Part shown: one piece after another, positions 50,801-64,000 of the stretch
How the letters are laid out: the number at the start of each line of letters is the position of its first letter
Numbering within the stretch: position 1 is the stretch's first letter
NCBI GenBank assembly: GCA_050084985.1
Contig: JBITNC010000001.1
Coordinates: 139,748,001-139,812,000 of the forward strand
DNA: 64,000 nt
Reading direction: 5' to 3'
DNA from: Nageia nagi
Lineage: Eukaryota; Plantae; Pinophyta
Program-made: the position numbers and the translations under genes
The notes under the pieces: generated by a model
What the model was told of the DNA's origin: nothing
What the model saw: only the letters and a program-made list of their open reading frames with translations
Database searches by the model: none

Positions 50801-53800
50801 CCTATTTATAAAACTCGAAGAAAATATCTATGGACATGTCAAGTTTGATGATAATAATCAGGTCAATATTTCTAAAAAGAAATCTATTTCTTTAAAGGAA
50901 AAGACTAGTAATATAATGCAAATGTACGATACTTTATATATTTTATGATTGAAGAATAATATTTTGAGAATTGGTCAATTAAATTTAAAGAACTACATGG
51001 TAGTCTTTAAGAAGAAGAGCTCCACAAGTACAAATGAGACTAATCACCAAGTAGTTACAACTATTCTCATGTTATAAGAATAGAATGTATATGTTGAAAA
51101 TACAACTAAATATTATCAAATGCTTGGATACCACACTTGATACTACTTTTTTATGGCATAAGAGATTTTGACACCTCAATTTCAACTCATTATGCTAATT
51201 GCACAAGCTTGTGAAAGGTATGCCTACCTTTACACATCCATTAGACAATTTGTGTGAGAGTTGCATATTTGCAAAATAACACATATAGAAATTATTTTAT
51301 CACCAACATAGATCTTGAAAGCCTTTAGAGTTAGTGCATGCCAAATTATAAAAAACCTATGAAAAATATAAGCATGGTTAGGTTTAAGTATAGGCTTATT
51401 TTTACTGATGATAATTCTAGAATGAGTTGGTTGTATTTGTTGTAGGTAAAATCAAATACTTTTTATTATTTTATCAAATTTAATGAAGTGATAGAGAATT
51501 ACTTTAGCTAAAACATCATAAATTTTAGATAGACTATGGTGGTGAATTCATTTCAAATAATTTCAAATATTTTTACAACAAACATGGTATCAAGAGGCAA
51601 TACACAACAACCTACAATACCCAACAAGATGAAGTGGTAAAAAAGGAAGAACTAAGTAATTATATATATGGTTTGGTGCAAGTTAAGAAAAATTGGTATG
51701 TATTAAAAACTATGGATTTAATTTGTTCACATAACTATTTACTTTTGAATCACTACCCAATAACAATAATACAAGATTTGAATCCCTTATAAGGCTTGGT
51801 TTGGTAAAAATCCAAGTATTGCACATATAGATATTTAGTTTAACATGCTATGTGCATGTTCCCAATAAATGCAAGAAGAAATTAGATGAAAAATTGATTA
51901 AATATATCTTTTTTAGATATTCTAATGATTCCAAATCCTACATGTGTGATGATCTAGTTGCTAACAAGATGAATATCAATTGAGATATGATTTTCCATGA
52001 AGGGAGTATACAAAAAGGAGTCATATAGACTAGCCATCACTATGTATTTTAAAGATTATAGTTTTAGCAAACTAATTAAGCCATTGCAACCTAAAAATCC
52101 ATATGAGAATAACTCCTTGCAAGAAAAGGATTGCCAAAGATCATCCATAATCTCAAATGTTGGATGAAGAATTAAATAGAAGAGTGACCTAATAATAAAT
52201 AAGGGAGGGCACTCATATGATAACTTATGCCTTGATATCATCTTATCTTGTTTATACTTACAAATTCAAATAAGCAACAACAAATGAATATTGGATAATG
52301 GACATGGAAGATGAGATAGAGTATATCCATAAGAATGACTCTTGGGAGCTTTTCCCTCCTTCAAATAATAAAAATACCATTATAGATGAATAGATATATA
52401 TACCAAAGTATAATATTGATGAAAAAATTTCCAAGCATAAAGTATACTTAATAATAAAAGGATATATTTAGAAAGAAGGCATGGAGAAGAGACATTTGCA
52501 CCAATTGTAAGACTTGAGACAATAAGATCTCTATTAGTTCTAGCATGTCATTTTGGTCTTACAATTTACCAAATGCATAAAAAATTAGGATCTATACATG
52601 GAGAATTAGAATTAGAAGTATATGTTCATCCAACATAAGGATTTGCCATTGTAGTCCACAAATATAAAGTGTATAGGCTGAAGAAAGCTCTTTATAGGCT
52701 TAAATAATAACCTAGATCCTAGTGCTTTAGAATTCATATCCATTTCCATCAAAATGGCTATTAGAGGTATTTAGCAAAAGCTACACTATATACAAAAGTA
52801 AGTGGATCTAATTTCATCATCATTTATTTATATTTTGATGATATTATCTTCATGATAAGTTATAATACCCTATCAAAGAAATTTAAAATTACCATGGTAA
52901 ATGAGTTTGAGATGAGTGATCTAGGTGAAATGCAATATTTCCTTGGTATGTAAGTGAAAAAGTCATCCAATGATATTTTCATCATTCAAACCAAGTATGT
53001 TGATGACATGCTTGTAATATTTTCCATGAAGGACTATAAACCAATTGGTACACTAACAATTATTGGTTGCAAATTGATGAAACATGAATATACTCATCTT
53101 GTGGATGTAATCTTGTAGAGGTCTCTTGTTAATAGCTTGATGTATCAAATTGCTTCATAATTTGATATTATGTTCACAGTTAGTATGGTAGAAACATTCA
53201 TACATTCTCTATATAAATCCCATTGGAAATAATATCAAATAATTCTTCACTATGTGAGTGGCAGCAAAATGTTTAGTTTATGGTATAAAGCTACTGGTTC
53301 TAAATATCTTGAAGCATACAAAGATGTTGATTGGTTTGAAATACTTAATTCTACAAAAAGTACATTTTGGTATTCCTTATTATTTGGTGAATCACTAATT
53401 TATTTAAGTATAAAGAAATAATATTCAATTTATCTTTCCATTTATAAAGTATATTTATATTTATATTAATTATCATTTCATGAGACACTTGGTGAAGGAT
53501 GGATTCATTGAATTCAAATTTTGTAAGCTTAATGTCCAACTTACAAATATATTCACCAAAGCATGTACAAAGTTTGATTACTTAATATTAAAAATCAAAT
53601 TAGAATTTAAACCATTAAAATTAAGGGGGATAATGAAACAAATTAATGATCCATGGTTTGAAATTCAAAAATTTGGCAAAAATAATTTTATCCCACCAAT
53701 GACTACTACTGAACATCTACTTTAGCTACTGACTAAGTTTTTATTATAGGAATGTAGTTGAGCTTTAAATTATCACAATCTATTCCTCCTACCTTCCAAA

Positions 53801-56269
53801 GACATGGATGTCCATACCTTGTATCAAAAGTAATGGATATTCATTTTTGTTTTTCTTAATTTCTTGAGCAAATTATATACTTTCATAAAATATTTTGGAG
53901 TGCAATACACTCAATCTCTTTGCTCTAAATATGTATAGAGATAAGATCTAATTATATTGTAAAAATAAGGTATTCATTCTGTAATAGAAAGATAATGAAA
54001 TTTGATCTACTACTACTTTTTGTGGCTATGTGATTTGCTTCTATTTATAGGAGTGTTTATTTAAGAAAACAATTGCAAATCATTATAGAAGTGTTATAAA
54101 TCTATTTCAATGTGATATTAAGATACTTAGTAGTATTTTAACTAGGTGGGCACTCATTAATATTTCATTTTATAAAATAATTTTATATATATTCATGGTT
54201 ATCTCAAATTGCCCAATTTTAAGATTAGTTTTCTTTCAAATGTTATAGACTTCATTTTAATATGATTTTTTTTTATTTTGCATAGTGATTTAAATACCTT
54301 TCTAACCATATCTAATATGCCATACTTTGTTACTGGATCACACTCAAAATCTGTAATATCATAACATGCAATTACACAGTCTTTCTCAAGAAGCACTATA
54401 GTGTGCTTTACTTATAGTTATAACTTTTTAAAGTGACTGCATGAATCAATTTTGTCCCTATTACAATCTTGAATTTTGTTTTTATCCTATACCTATCCTT
54501 TTTGTCTCTATCCATACCATTAGAATGAAGTTGGTGATGCTAGCACCTCAAAAAACCTAAGTCCTGGATAAAATTTGTCCCTTTTGAGTTGGTTGAAAAG
54601 TCATATTTGGCCCGAGTGGCCTGTATAATGCCTAAAATTCTCCATTTATAATCCAAAAACTTCAAATTATGATTCCTAGATATACATAACTCAATTTAAG
54701 GTGCGCAAATACTTTTTGGAAAGGTATTATCAAGATATTTCTAACTATATTGAAAACTCAACATTTAGAAGATGTTGATTTCATTTTATAGCCTTTGAAA
54801 CTTAGAGTGTTCTTATCATCCCCAAATCACTATATTGGTTCTATAAAACTCAAAATCTTCATAAAAGAAAGATAATTAATACAATTTTAGAAAAAAGAAA
54901 AGTACCAACATCCAATAAAAATAGCCTAAAAAAAGAGATGAGTAGATAAAGAATCTTTCTTGGAGATAATTTTATTTTTGTAGTGTAGTTTTAGAGTTAG
55001 TTTTTATTTCATGGTATTACACTAATGGAAACTTGAGAAAAAGACTTAGTTAATTTTTCATCCTTCTTATCAAGAAGTTAGTCAACTTTTGAGTATTATT
55101 TTTGAAAGTAAGTAGAGTTTACAAAATGTAACTAGGGTTATAGAGATAGTTAGGATTTCATAATAATTAGGTTTTTTGGAGGATGTAACCACCTTAAAGC
55201 ATTATAAAAGTTAGCAAAGATGTCATATCATTTAGTAGTAATATAAATAGAGGTATATAGATAGAGATCTCTCCAACAAAGATTTAACTCTCTATATTTT
55301 GTAAAAGGAAACACATTTCAATAAAAAAATCCTTATTTAATTATAATTGAGTTTTATTTTTTATGAGATTATGCTTGGATGAAAGAAATAATTACATGTT
55401 GCTATATAATAATCCTTACATCTTATTTAATATATAATATCATTTTTGCAAGCATTAACAAGTGAATTTAGTAAAGTTTGTGAAGAAGGATTGAATTTAA
55501 TGTAAGTGAAATAAATTCAAGTATGATATGACCAAGTGATATGGAATATCATTGATTTGAAATCTAAACTTAACAACTTGGCAAGAGCTTTTTTAGCTAA
55601 CTTGGAAACACAAATAATAATTTTACTTGAATTAATATGTGAGAATGAATATTTATTTAAATGAAAATTGTTGATGAAAAAATATCACAAGTTCCTTACA
55701 TAATTAAATATGTTTGTTGCTAATTGAGTATCCACTCATTAAAAATGAGGATCACAGATCCCTTGCTATCCTATTTTCCTACCTAAAAAGAAAAAATGAT
55801 TAATAGAATTTGAAGCTTCATTTGGGATCAAGTTATTTAATACCTTGATAAAAATTGACTAAGTTAGTATGGTGACACTATTAAAATAAAACTTTAAAGC
55901 TTTTCAAAGAATGAAAAACAAAAATAAACCTTCAAAATTTACCCTTTTTGGAAAAGGGAAACCTTTGAATGAAAATAAATAATGCTTTATGCATTAAAGT
56001 GTATACATTATATTGATGAATATTGATTCATAATGATTTAAAAAAATTAAAATATTTGTATAAAAACACAAATATGTATCATGGTGCTCTCACAAGCTAT
56101 TCAACATGATCAACTAGAAAATCAAGTAAATATTCTATCAAGCATCCATGATACTATAGTTTAAGAGAAGAAAAGTTTATAAAATTGAAATTGGGTTATC
56201 AAACAATAGATGATAAATTGAGTGATATATGATTATGGATAAGAAAACATAACTCACTCATTTTTTATG

Positions 56270-57100
56270 AATAGAACTCGAACTTCTTGAAGATCTTAGT
56301 TTCCTTCCAAAATTCACAAGATGGGATTCTTATTCAATTGCCAAGAAATATTTTGAAAATTTATATAGAACATGTGATTACTTGTTCATGGAATACAATT
56401 ATGTAACAATAATGTTGGTTGTAATAATATTGAAAAATGAAGCATTTTAATGGTCTTAGTCACTCCCTTTCAATTATATAACCAATTGGTAAGATATGCT
56501 TAAATATTTCATGCACAAATATGAAGTTAGGAAATATAATACATTAAAAGTTTCCTTAGGAAAATTTGATAACTCAAAACATAAAGGATATCTTTCAAGT
56601 TGAAGTTCACACAAGATACAAAATGTATTCCAAATGAAAGAGAATTAAAAAAATAAGATTAATTCATTGATAAGTCTTGTAAAATTTATGATGTTGATGA
56701 TCATGAAATAATGAAGTGTTGAATAGTATAAACAAGTATTCAATTACTACAAGTAAAAGAATATCAAAATTTGTCTAACATAAAAAAAATAAAACAAATG
56801 ACAATACTATTGATAGATTATAAGGAAAAATAAAAGCAAGCAACATTTTTAACTGATTTGAAATAAGAAAAATCTCTAAGTAATTTTAAATATGATCAAT
56901 CTTTTTCAAAGAGATTTTCCTCTAGTTTTAGGAGTAGGAAGTGTTTCATATCTAAATACAAATGAAAAATTTCAAAAAAAATAAATACTCCCTTACAAGA
57001 ACATCAACCTTCCTTCAACACAACATATTATAGTATTTGTTATGCTAAGGATCATAGATTTGATAAGTGTTAAACATTCTTAAAACTTAGTATGCTTGTA
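56270..57100 (+). mobile_element. Very degraded retrotransposon gag-like remnant
   Basis: 'LSFLPKFTRWDS...ENLYRTCDY' and a decayed knuckle 'SICYAKDHRFDKC' at ~57030-57070; riddled with stops. Confidence 0.35.
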
Positions 57101-60100
57101 CATTGTAATGGTTTCCAAAATCTATTTGATAAAGGTTAAAGGAAATCAATCATAAAATTTATCAAGTTTAAAGAAGATAAACTAATAGAAAAGTGTTTAA
57201 ATGTTATGAAGCAAAAAAAAGGAACTTCAACAAATTTTATTCATATCTTAGGATTAAAAGATGTTACATACTCAAAGGAGAATGAAGAAAATAATTTTTT
57301 TACAAATATTCCTTTGTAAGAAAATAAATATGATAAAATCCTTAAAGATACAAATCTATGTTGGTGACTCATATGACCTATTTGAAAAAGATATAAAAAT
57401 AAGTGGGAATAATCTTGAGACTCAAGTTGTTCCTAATATACCTAAATTAACATTCAAGTTAAAGTTACATTTTAATGAAGAGATAAAAGTTTAATTCATT
57501 TCAATGAGTCCTAAAGATCAAGATTTTGCGATGAATACCTCAAACTAAATTTGTGAACTTCATCCAAAACTATGTCTTGAATCTTACCTAGAAAAGAATA
57601 AGTCTTCATAAAAAAGGATAACCAATGTTAATTATTCAATTAGAAGATTGAAAATTGCATCTCTTAGAGAATTCTCCCAATGATTAAGATGTGAGCAAGT
57701 TACAAGAATCTTAGGTTAAAATAATTGAAGAGTTTAATGAAAGCATAATTGGAACATTTCTTCCTAAAAACCTAGTGGACCAAGATGAAGAATGTTTGAC
57801 AAATTGGATAGATGAAAAGAATGAAATATATAAGACTCATGACATGATGACTATCATGAAGAGAAATAATTGCAAGTTTCATTAATGCCACTTTTAATTT
57901 TTTTTTGGTGTTGATCACTTTAAAGAAATAAGATATTCTCTCAAAGATAGTAAAATGATTCTAGATGAATCAATCAAGATTTTTCCAGTCAAAATGGTTC
58001 ACATAATTTTGAAAAAATATGAAAGGATGCCTAACAATGAAGGACCATGTATGGAAATTGATCAAGGATCATTTATAAAAGTTAAAATCTACACCAAGAA
58101 AGGATATTATGATCAAGTTTAGGATAAGGATCAAGTCATTTGTCATGTTCCTATTCAAATTCATGTTGATCATGACTATTATAATGATGATGTTAATTAT
58201 ATTTATAATATTAAAGAAGAACATCTTATTTAAGAATTGTATTACACTTTCTATGATACTGAATATTTTGATACCAAGCATTTCCTAATAATCAAAATAC
58301 TTGATAAAAGTTTACAAGGTGAGAAATATAAAAGAGTGATATATTTAGATGAGAATTCAATCATGACACATGTAATATCAAGTTAAAAAAAAATATTCAA
58401 TTAAAGATACATAATGGAAATTCACAGCTAAACAAATTGGAAGCCATATTCAAGAATAGTCTATATAAGAATTATTTTTGATTCACTAAATCGAGTAACA
58501 ATTCATAGCTTGGTTGTGGGGGAGGATGAAGAAATACTTTATATAAATGAAAAAGACACAAATGAGATCAAAAAAATCATTTAAGATCAAAGTATTCCTC
58601 ATGTTCAAGTACAATCATATGCTTAAGAGCAATACTATGATGAGGAGGTGAAATATGAAATTACTTTAGAAAAGGAACAACAGGTAAAATTTTCTTCAAC
58701 TAACATGGTAAATATTGATGAGGTATATTTTATCCCTTCTTATTTTTCATATTGAAGATGATTTGTTGTTGAGTATATCTCAAATAAATATTTATTTTTT
58801 ATATTTTGAGTTAGAAAATAAATAAAAAGAAAAACATTACATTCAACATCCTAGAATTAATTTTATAGATAATTCTTGTTCAAAATTATTTTGTGAATTA
58901 CATGCTCATGTTTGGGATATAGGGTTTTCAAATTATTCATTAAAATTAGAATATGCATTTCAATGATACACCATTAAAGAGGTTATTGTTTAAGAAAATT
59001 GCTTGTTTATATATTTGTTTTAGGACATTAAAGAGGTGTAAGAAAATGAATTTCTTAATTGTTTTCTTGATTTTAATGAATTTTTTTTAGTCAATTGTAA
59101 AGATTTAATGTTATTATTCAAGTAAATCCAATCAAAGGTCTTAAATGTGTTATCAGTGTTCATGACTCAAAAATTAAAAGAAATATTTTTTAAGCAAAAT
59201 TCATAATCAAATAGTGAGTTTTTCCTTGATGGAAAATATTTTTATGATTATCTTCTGGACATCCATTCATTTGTAAAAACATATGTATCTTGGTTATTTC
59301 AAATGCCATGTTTTATTCATACCCATTATGAATCAAAGTACTAGAATAAAAAAAATCAACATACATATGTTTATATCCTTGAACATTTTTTATGTTTGGC
59401 TAAAATGTGTGGAAAATTTTGAAAGTTTTATGGATTATGAAAATACCAAATTTGATTCAAAATACTTTTCAAACTATTGGGAGAATTGTTGTATCAAAAT
59501 CTAGTTGTCATTTGATCAAGTAATGAAGAAATATTGGAAAAGAAACATCAGTCAACTGAAGTATCCTTTAAAATAAACTAAGACATGAATAATTTAAATC
59601 AAGGTTTATCTTCATAGGAATAACTTGTAAAAAATGTGGTAAATTATTTTCCCTTTAGACAAAATCACTAAGATGAAAATATTTTCATGGGATAATATAT
59701 ATGAAAGGAAATTCTTTATTCTTGAAAAATGAGGGATTCATGATATTTTCATAACAATGAACCTTAAATTTTTTTAAGAATTTTAATCCTTATAAATTGG
59801 ATCCTAAAAAATAATCAACATCATAATAATAATTGGATTATTCTTTCACAAAATACTAAACTAGAAATGAATATCACTTATATCTTTATTTGAGTCTAGA
59901 TATGAGAGTTTTAAAATGTTTGGATAAAGATGAAAGATTATTTGTTTTCAAATTCACCATGATGACCTGTATAAGACTCAAATGATCTATCTAAAAATTG
60001 AATTATTATTAAAATCCTCAACATTCAAAGTAACTCCATAAAGGTTATGAATGCTTGCTAGTAGTGTGAGCAATACATTGTAGTCATAGGTATCCCTAAT

Positions 60101-60308
60101 ACGACTATAAATGATTGACTAAAAGTAGTGGCAATATCCAATGTGAATAGGTACCAAGGAAGTTTATGGGTTAAAAATCTATACATGTGATTAAAATAAT
60201 AAAAATGTATTGAAGTATTTTTAGTGAACCTTAGGATAACCTAAGTAGAGACTAGGGAAAAACACTTAACATGTGATAATGTATTATCCTAGGTTTTTAA
60301 CTCAGATA

Positions 60309-60311
<3 letters not shown>

Positions 60312-60342
<31 letters not shown>
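60312..60342. repeat. (AT)15 microsatellite
   Basis: Direct reading. Confidence 0.95.
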
Positions 60343-60343
<1 letters not shown>

Positions 60344-61725
60344 CAAAAAAAATAAGAATATAAATAATAAACTAATTATAAATGTAACAATGAATAAAAT
60401 ATTATTATATCAAGATATCAAAATAGTGAAACACACACACTAAAGAGAAAGGGATCAAGTAAAATATATATACTTATAAGACCTTACCTAGGAGAAGCTA
60501 ATTATATGTAGAATAGAACTTGTCAAAGATAAGTGACCTTGATGTATGAAATCCATAGAGCATAACATAAGTGATGAAAATGTAGATGCTTGTAGTAGTG
60601 CATATGTTAGGCCTTGAATAGCAGCATGGGAATGCATGATAGCATGATTTGTAGACTTCCAATCAAGTAAATTTTGCCATTAAGGATCATACACAATAAA
60701 ATATTGACAAGTCAATCCAAATATATACTTGTGAAATACTAAATGATAAATATGCTTATGGTAACAAAATCCTAATCTTGATAGGAAACATTAAGAAATA
60801 CCTAAATTTTGAAGTGGTACTAGCTATTGAGATGTGAAATCTTGATAACTTTCCCTATAATCATACTTAACTTTATATATACAAGATATCCTCTAATTAC
60901 TCTTTAGGAAGGTGAGTGTTGATGTTGCGGTACCTAGTACATAAATAATAATATTATATAAGAAAGGACCAATAATAATTATAACAATATGATGTAAGAT
61001 CAATATAATATAATACCTAAGCGAGGCCACCTTAGGGGGACCAAAATTAGGTTTCATTAGATTCCCACCTTTGAAATGAAATTATGCTTGCAATGGAACT
61101 AAAATAAGAAAGAGCAGAAAAAATTGATACTTCCTTGGTTTAGATGTAAAGTTATTTGATCATTAAGTATTGATGATATATGCTTCCCTCTCTTTACCTT
61201 GGTTGTGAAGTGGAATGATTATCCAAGAAATGAGACCAACCAAAAGCAAAGAATGAGCTAAAAAGGAGAGACAAAAAATATCATCTTATAAAAATACATA
61301 TAATCATAATTCCTAAAAGATATGACAATAATAATGAGAGAAATAATCATCATAAGTGCATGCTAGTGTCATGGTAACACTCAATTATCTATTCATAGAT
61401 AAAAATCATCACATAAGAATGAAACATACCATTCATGGAATCATACATAAAATTTTATCACAAATGATATATCAATGAAGAGAAATGATTTAATTAACAT
61501 AATATGCACATAACATCATGAAAGCATGGAATATTCTTTTTATAGATGAAAATTATCATATAAATACCTAATGCCTCATTCATGCATGCATACATATGAT
61601 CATAAAGAACTAACATGATGATGGTTAGTTTAAACCCAACCAAAAAAGGTATTGAAATCAAATGAGGGTCCCATCATCATGGAAACAAGGGATACCCCAT
61701 TTATGGATATCTCAAATGATAAAAT

Positions 61726-62110
61726 CCCAACCCAAGGGTTTTCCATATTTTAAAAATATGATATTTTATCAATGTATTCCCAATAAAGATGCATAGTATG
61801 GTAAATGCCCAAACCAAGGGGTTTTTATATCTAAAAAATATGAGATTTTATCAATGTATTCCCAGTAAAGACATATAGAAATAACAATGATGGTTATTTA
61901 AAGTCCACCCAACAAGGACATGATCATAAAATAGTGATGGTTATTTAATGTCTACCCAAAAAGGACATTATAATAATATAATAATGGTTATTTAATGCCC
62001 ACCCAATAAGGATGTGATCATAAAGCAATGATAGTATTTAACATCCACCTAACAAGGACATGATCATAAAGTAGTGTTGGCTATTTAACATCCACCCAAC
62101 AGGGATGTAA
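61726..62110. repeat. Tandem repeats in the Gypsy 3' region (82-bp x2; 47-bp x~5)
   Basis: 'tttatcaatgtattccc' at an 82-bp period; 'tggttatttaa...cacccaacaagga' at a 47-bp period from ~61888. Confidence 0.88.
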
Positions 62111-64000
62111 CAACATTTCAAGATGAAGTAAAGTGATATACTCATTTACAAAACATAATAAAGAAAATATTTTTCATATATTGGTTATGCATATGAAGTT
62201 ATGAAAATGGTTTAGAAAATAATACCTAAACTGACCATTGATGACCATAATGGAGGTGCAATGCCTAGAATGGATGCTAGGGTCAGCATGATTACTACTA
62301 TTAGCATGGATGCTAAGGACATTAAGAGAACTTAATTCTAAATTTATTTGATGATGAAACATGATGCAATGAATCTTGGTAAACTACAAATTGTGTTTGG
62401 AGTGACTTCTCTATTTCTTAATGCATTAACTATACAACTGATAAACTCAAATTAGTATACTTAATCACATAGCTATCATAATATGAATTTACAACTATCC
62501 TAAACAAAATACAACTATGAGAGTTTTAAAATATCACTATTTTATGATCATCATGAATCATCAAAAATACCAATGTGAGCATTGAGATACATTTTTAAAA
62601 ATTGCATAGAAGGCTAGCACTAGCATTAGGATAACAAAATAAAAACAAATCTAAGAGAATGATATTGGATATCTACATAGTTTACTAACAAAATAGGACC
62701 TAACTATATACAAGTGACAAGCTTATCTTATGCATAAAAGGATTTCATATTCTTTGCATTGGTAGAAACCATATTTTTTTTTCCATCAATAGTTTCCATC
62801 TTGTATGCTCCATTGGGATATTTTATCTTGAAAACATATGGAACAATGTAATTTATCTCAAATTTACCTTTGTCTTCCTTCTTAGCATCAATTTTATGAT
62901 GATTTTCCTTAAGCACCAAATTTCTAACTTGAAACTCTCTTGGCCTTATCTTCTTTCTATATGCCTTCTTAATTATTTTTTGATATGCTATGAGGTGCTC
63001 CTTTTCTCATCCAATCCTTCTAACTACCTTAGCCTTTCTTTTCATTTCTCTTCCCAATAAATGATTCCTTGAAAATACAACCTTAGTGATGGTATCTCCA
63101 ATTGTAATGGAAGTACTACCTCATCCCCATAAATTAATAAAAATGGAATACATCTTATTGCTGATATAATGCTTGTTCTAAAGTCCATAATGCATATATT
63201 AATTATGATTCCAATCTCTATGATGCTTTTTGATAGTCTTGTAAACTTTTTTTATAATGGTGTTGATAGTTACTTCAAGTTTTCTATTGCCTTGAGGATA
63301 ATATGTTGATGAACATTTTTATTTTATCTTGAATTATTTGCAAAATTACCTAACATTATTGACTATGAAATTCTTTCCATTATCCATGATTATCTGATAT
63401 GGAATAGCAAATATTGTAATGATGTTATTCGTAAAAAAATCATAATTTGATGATCCTTAAATGATATCAAAGGTACTACTTCTTCCCACTTAGTGAAATA
63501 TTTAGTAGCAACCAAAATAAATGTATGGCCTTCACTAAATTTAGGATTAATGACCTGCAACCAAATCCAAAGCTCAAATAGCAAATGACCAATGAGAGAT
63601 CATTATAACTAACTCACTTGAAGGAGTCAAACTTAAGTTAGCATACTTTTAACATTTTTCACTTGCCTTAACATGAAGTATGTAGTATTTTTACATATAT
63701 GGCCAATAATAATCCAATATTAAAATATTTTGAAATATAGCTTTACCATTAAAGTGTCCTCCACTTATGCCATCATGCACTTATTCCATAGCTTGAGTAG
63801 TTTCTTTTCTAGTTAAGCATCTAAGAAATGTTCCAACAAAAGATATTTTCTAAAGTATATCACCAATAATGACATACCTTACCACCCTTCGATCGCTTGA
63901 TTCTCCATTTAAGAAATTTGATGTAACATGAATCCATAATCTTTCTATCTTTCAAGAACTTATATACATTAGCATACCATTCATGCAATGGAAGAATAGC

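Larger units (their letters stand above)
33287..54861 (+). mobile_element. Old degraded Copia element with internal ~2.2-kb tandem duplication and nested insertions
   Basis: 5' LTR ~33287-34647 matches 3' LTR ~53634-54861, which follows PPT 'aaggggga' and ends TCTTCA. gag (AWETLES...MEKVLRNL..KFD) at ~34900-35513 and again at ~50050-50670. Integrase ~51150-52000, RT (ETFAPIVRLETI, LKKALY, YFDDI, MSDLGEMQYFLG) ~52300-53100, RNase H remnant (QLTNIFTKA). Confidence 0.8.
60225..64000 (-). mobile_element. Degraded Ty3/Gypsy (Tat/Ogre-like) 3' part: integrase, long 3' non-coding region, probable LTR remnant
   Basis: 'HDGISGGHFNG' zinc-binding region, 'GHTFILVATKYFTKWEE', 'YYPQGN' and 'GKFEINYIVPY...NGAYKMETIDG...MKSFYA*' ending at 62728. 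PPT-like 'aaaggtgggaa' at ~61062-61072 on -. The LTR extent is uncertain and the element runs off the window. Confidence 0.75.

Overview
AT-rich, repeat-dominated plant nuclear DNA. The Penelope-like element, long intron and decayed PLS-PPR copies suggest a conifer; this is inference. I can support only one intact host gene: a two-exon stress-response A/B barrel (Dabb, HS1-like) gene at 6369-6505 + 10935-11121 with a 4.4-kb intron, which the ORF track misses. Two copies of one L1-type LINE family point at it from both sides. LINE-A (+) has a Copia 3' end inserted in its endonuclease and an antisense retroposed fragment in its 3' UTR. LINE-B (-) carries a young 1.4-kb non-coding LTR element, a 250-bp duplication and a ~600-bp foldback. 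Further right are a decayed Copia, a decayed LINE, a Penelope-like RT element and PPR pseudogenes. Then comes a nest of at least three layers: an old internally duplicated Copia (33.3-54.9 kb) contains a ~4.1-kb solo-LTR-like insert with PPR fragments, which in turn contains a young full-length Copia (39065-47881; LTRs differ at 2/490 sites, 3 nonsense codons, ~3-kb leader, 3' repeat array). The window ends in decayed Gypsy (Tat/Ogre-like) sequence. All alignments and counts were done by eye, and boundaries of decayed elements are approximate. I found no clear-cut new protein-coding system; the best leads are structural.
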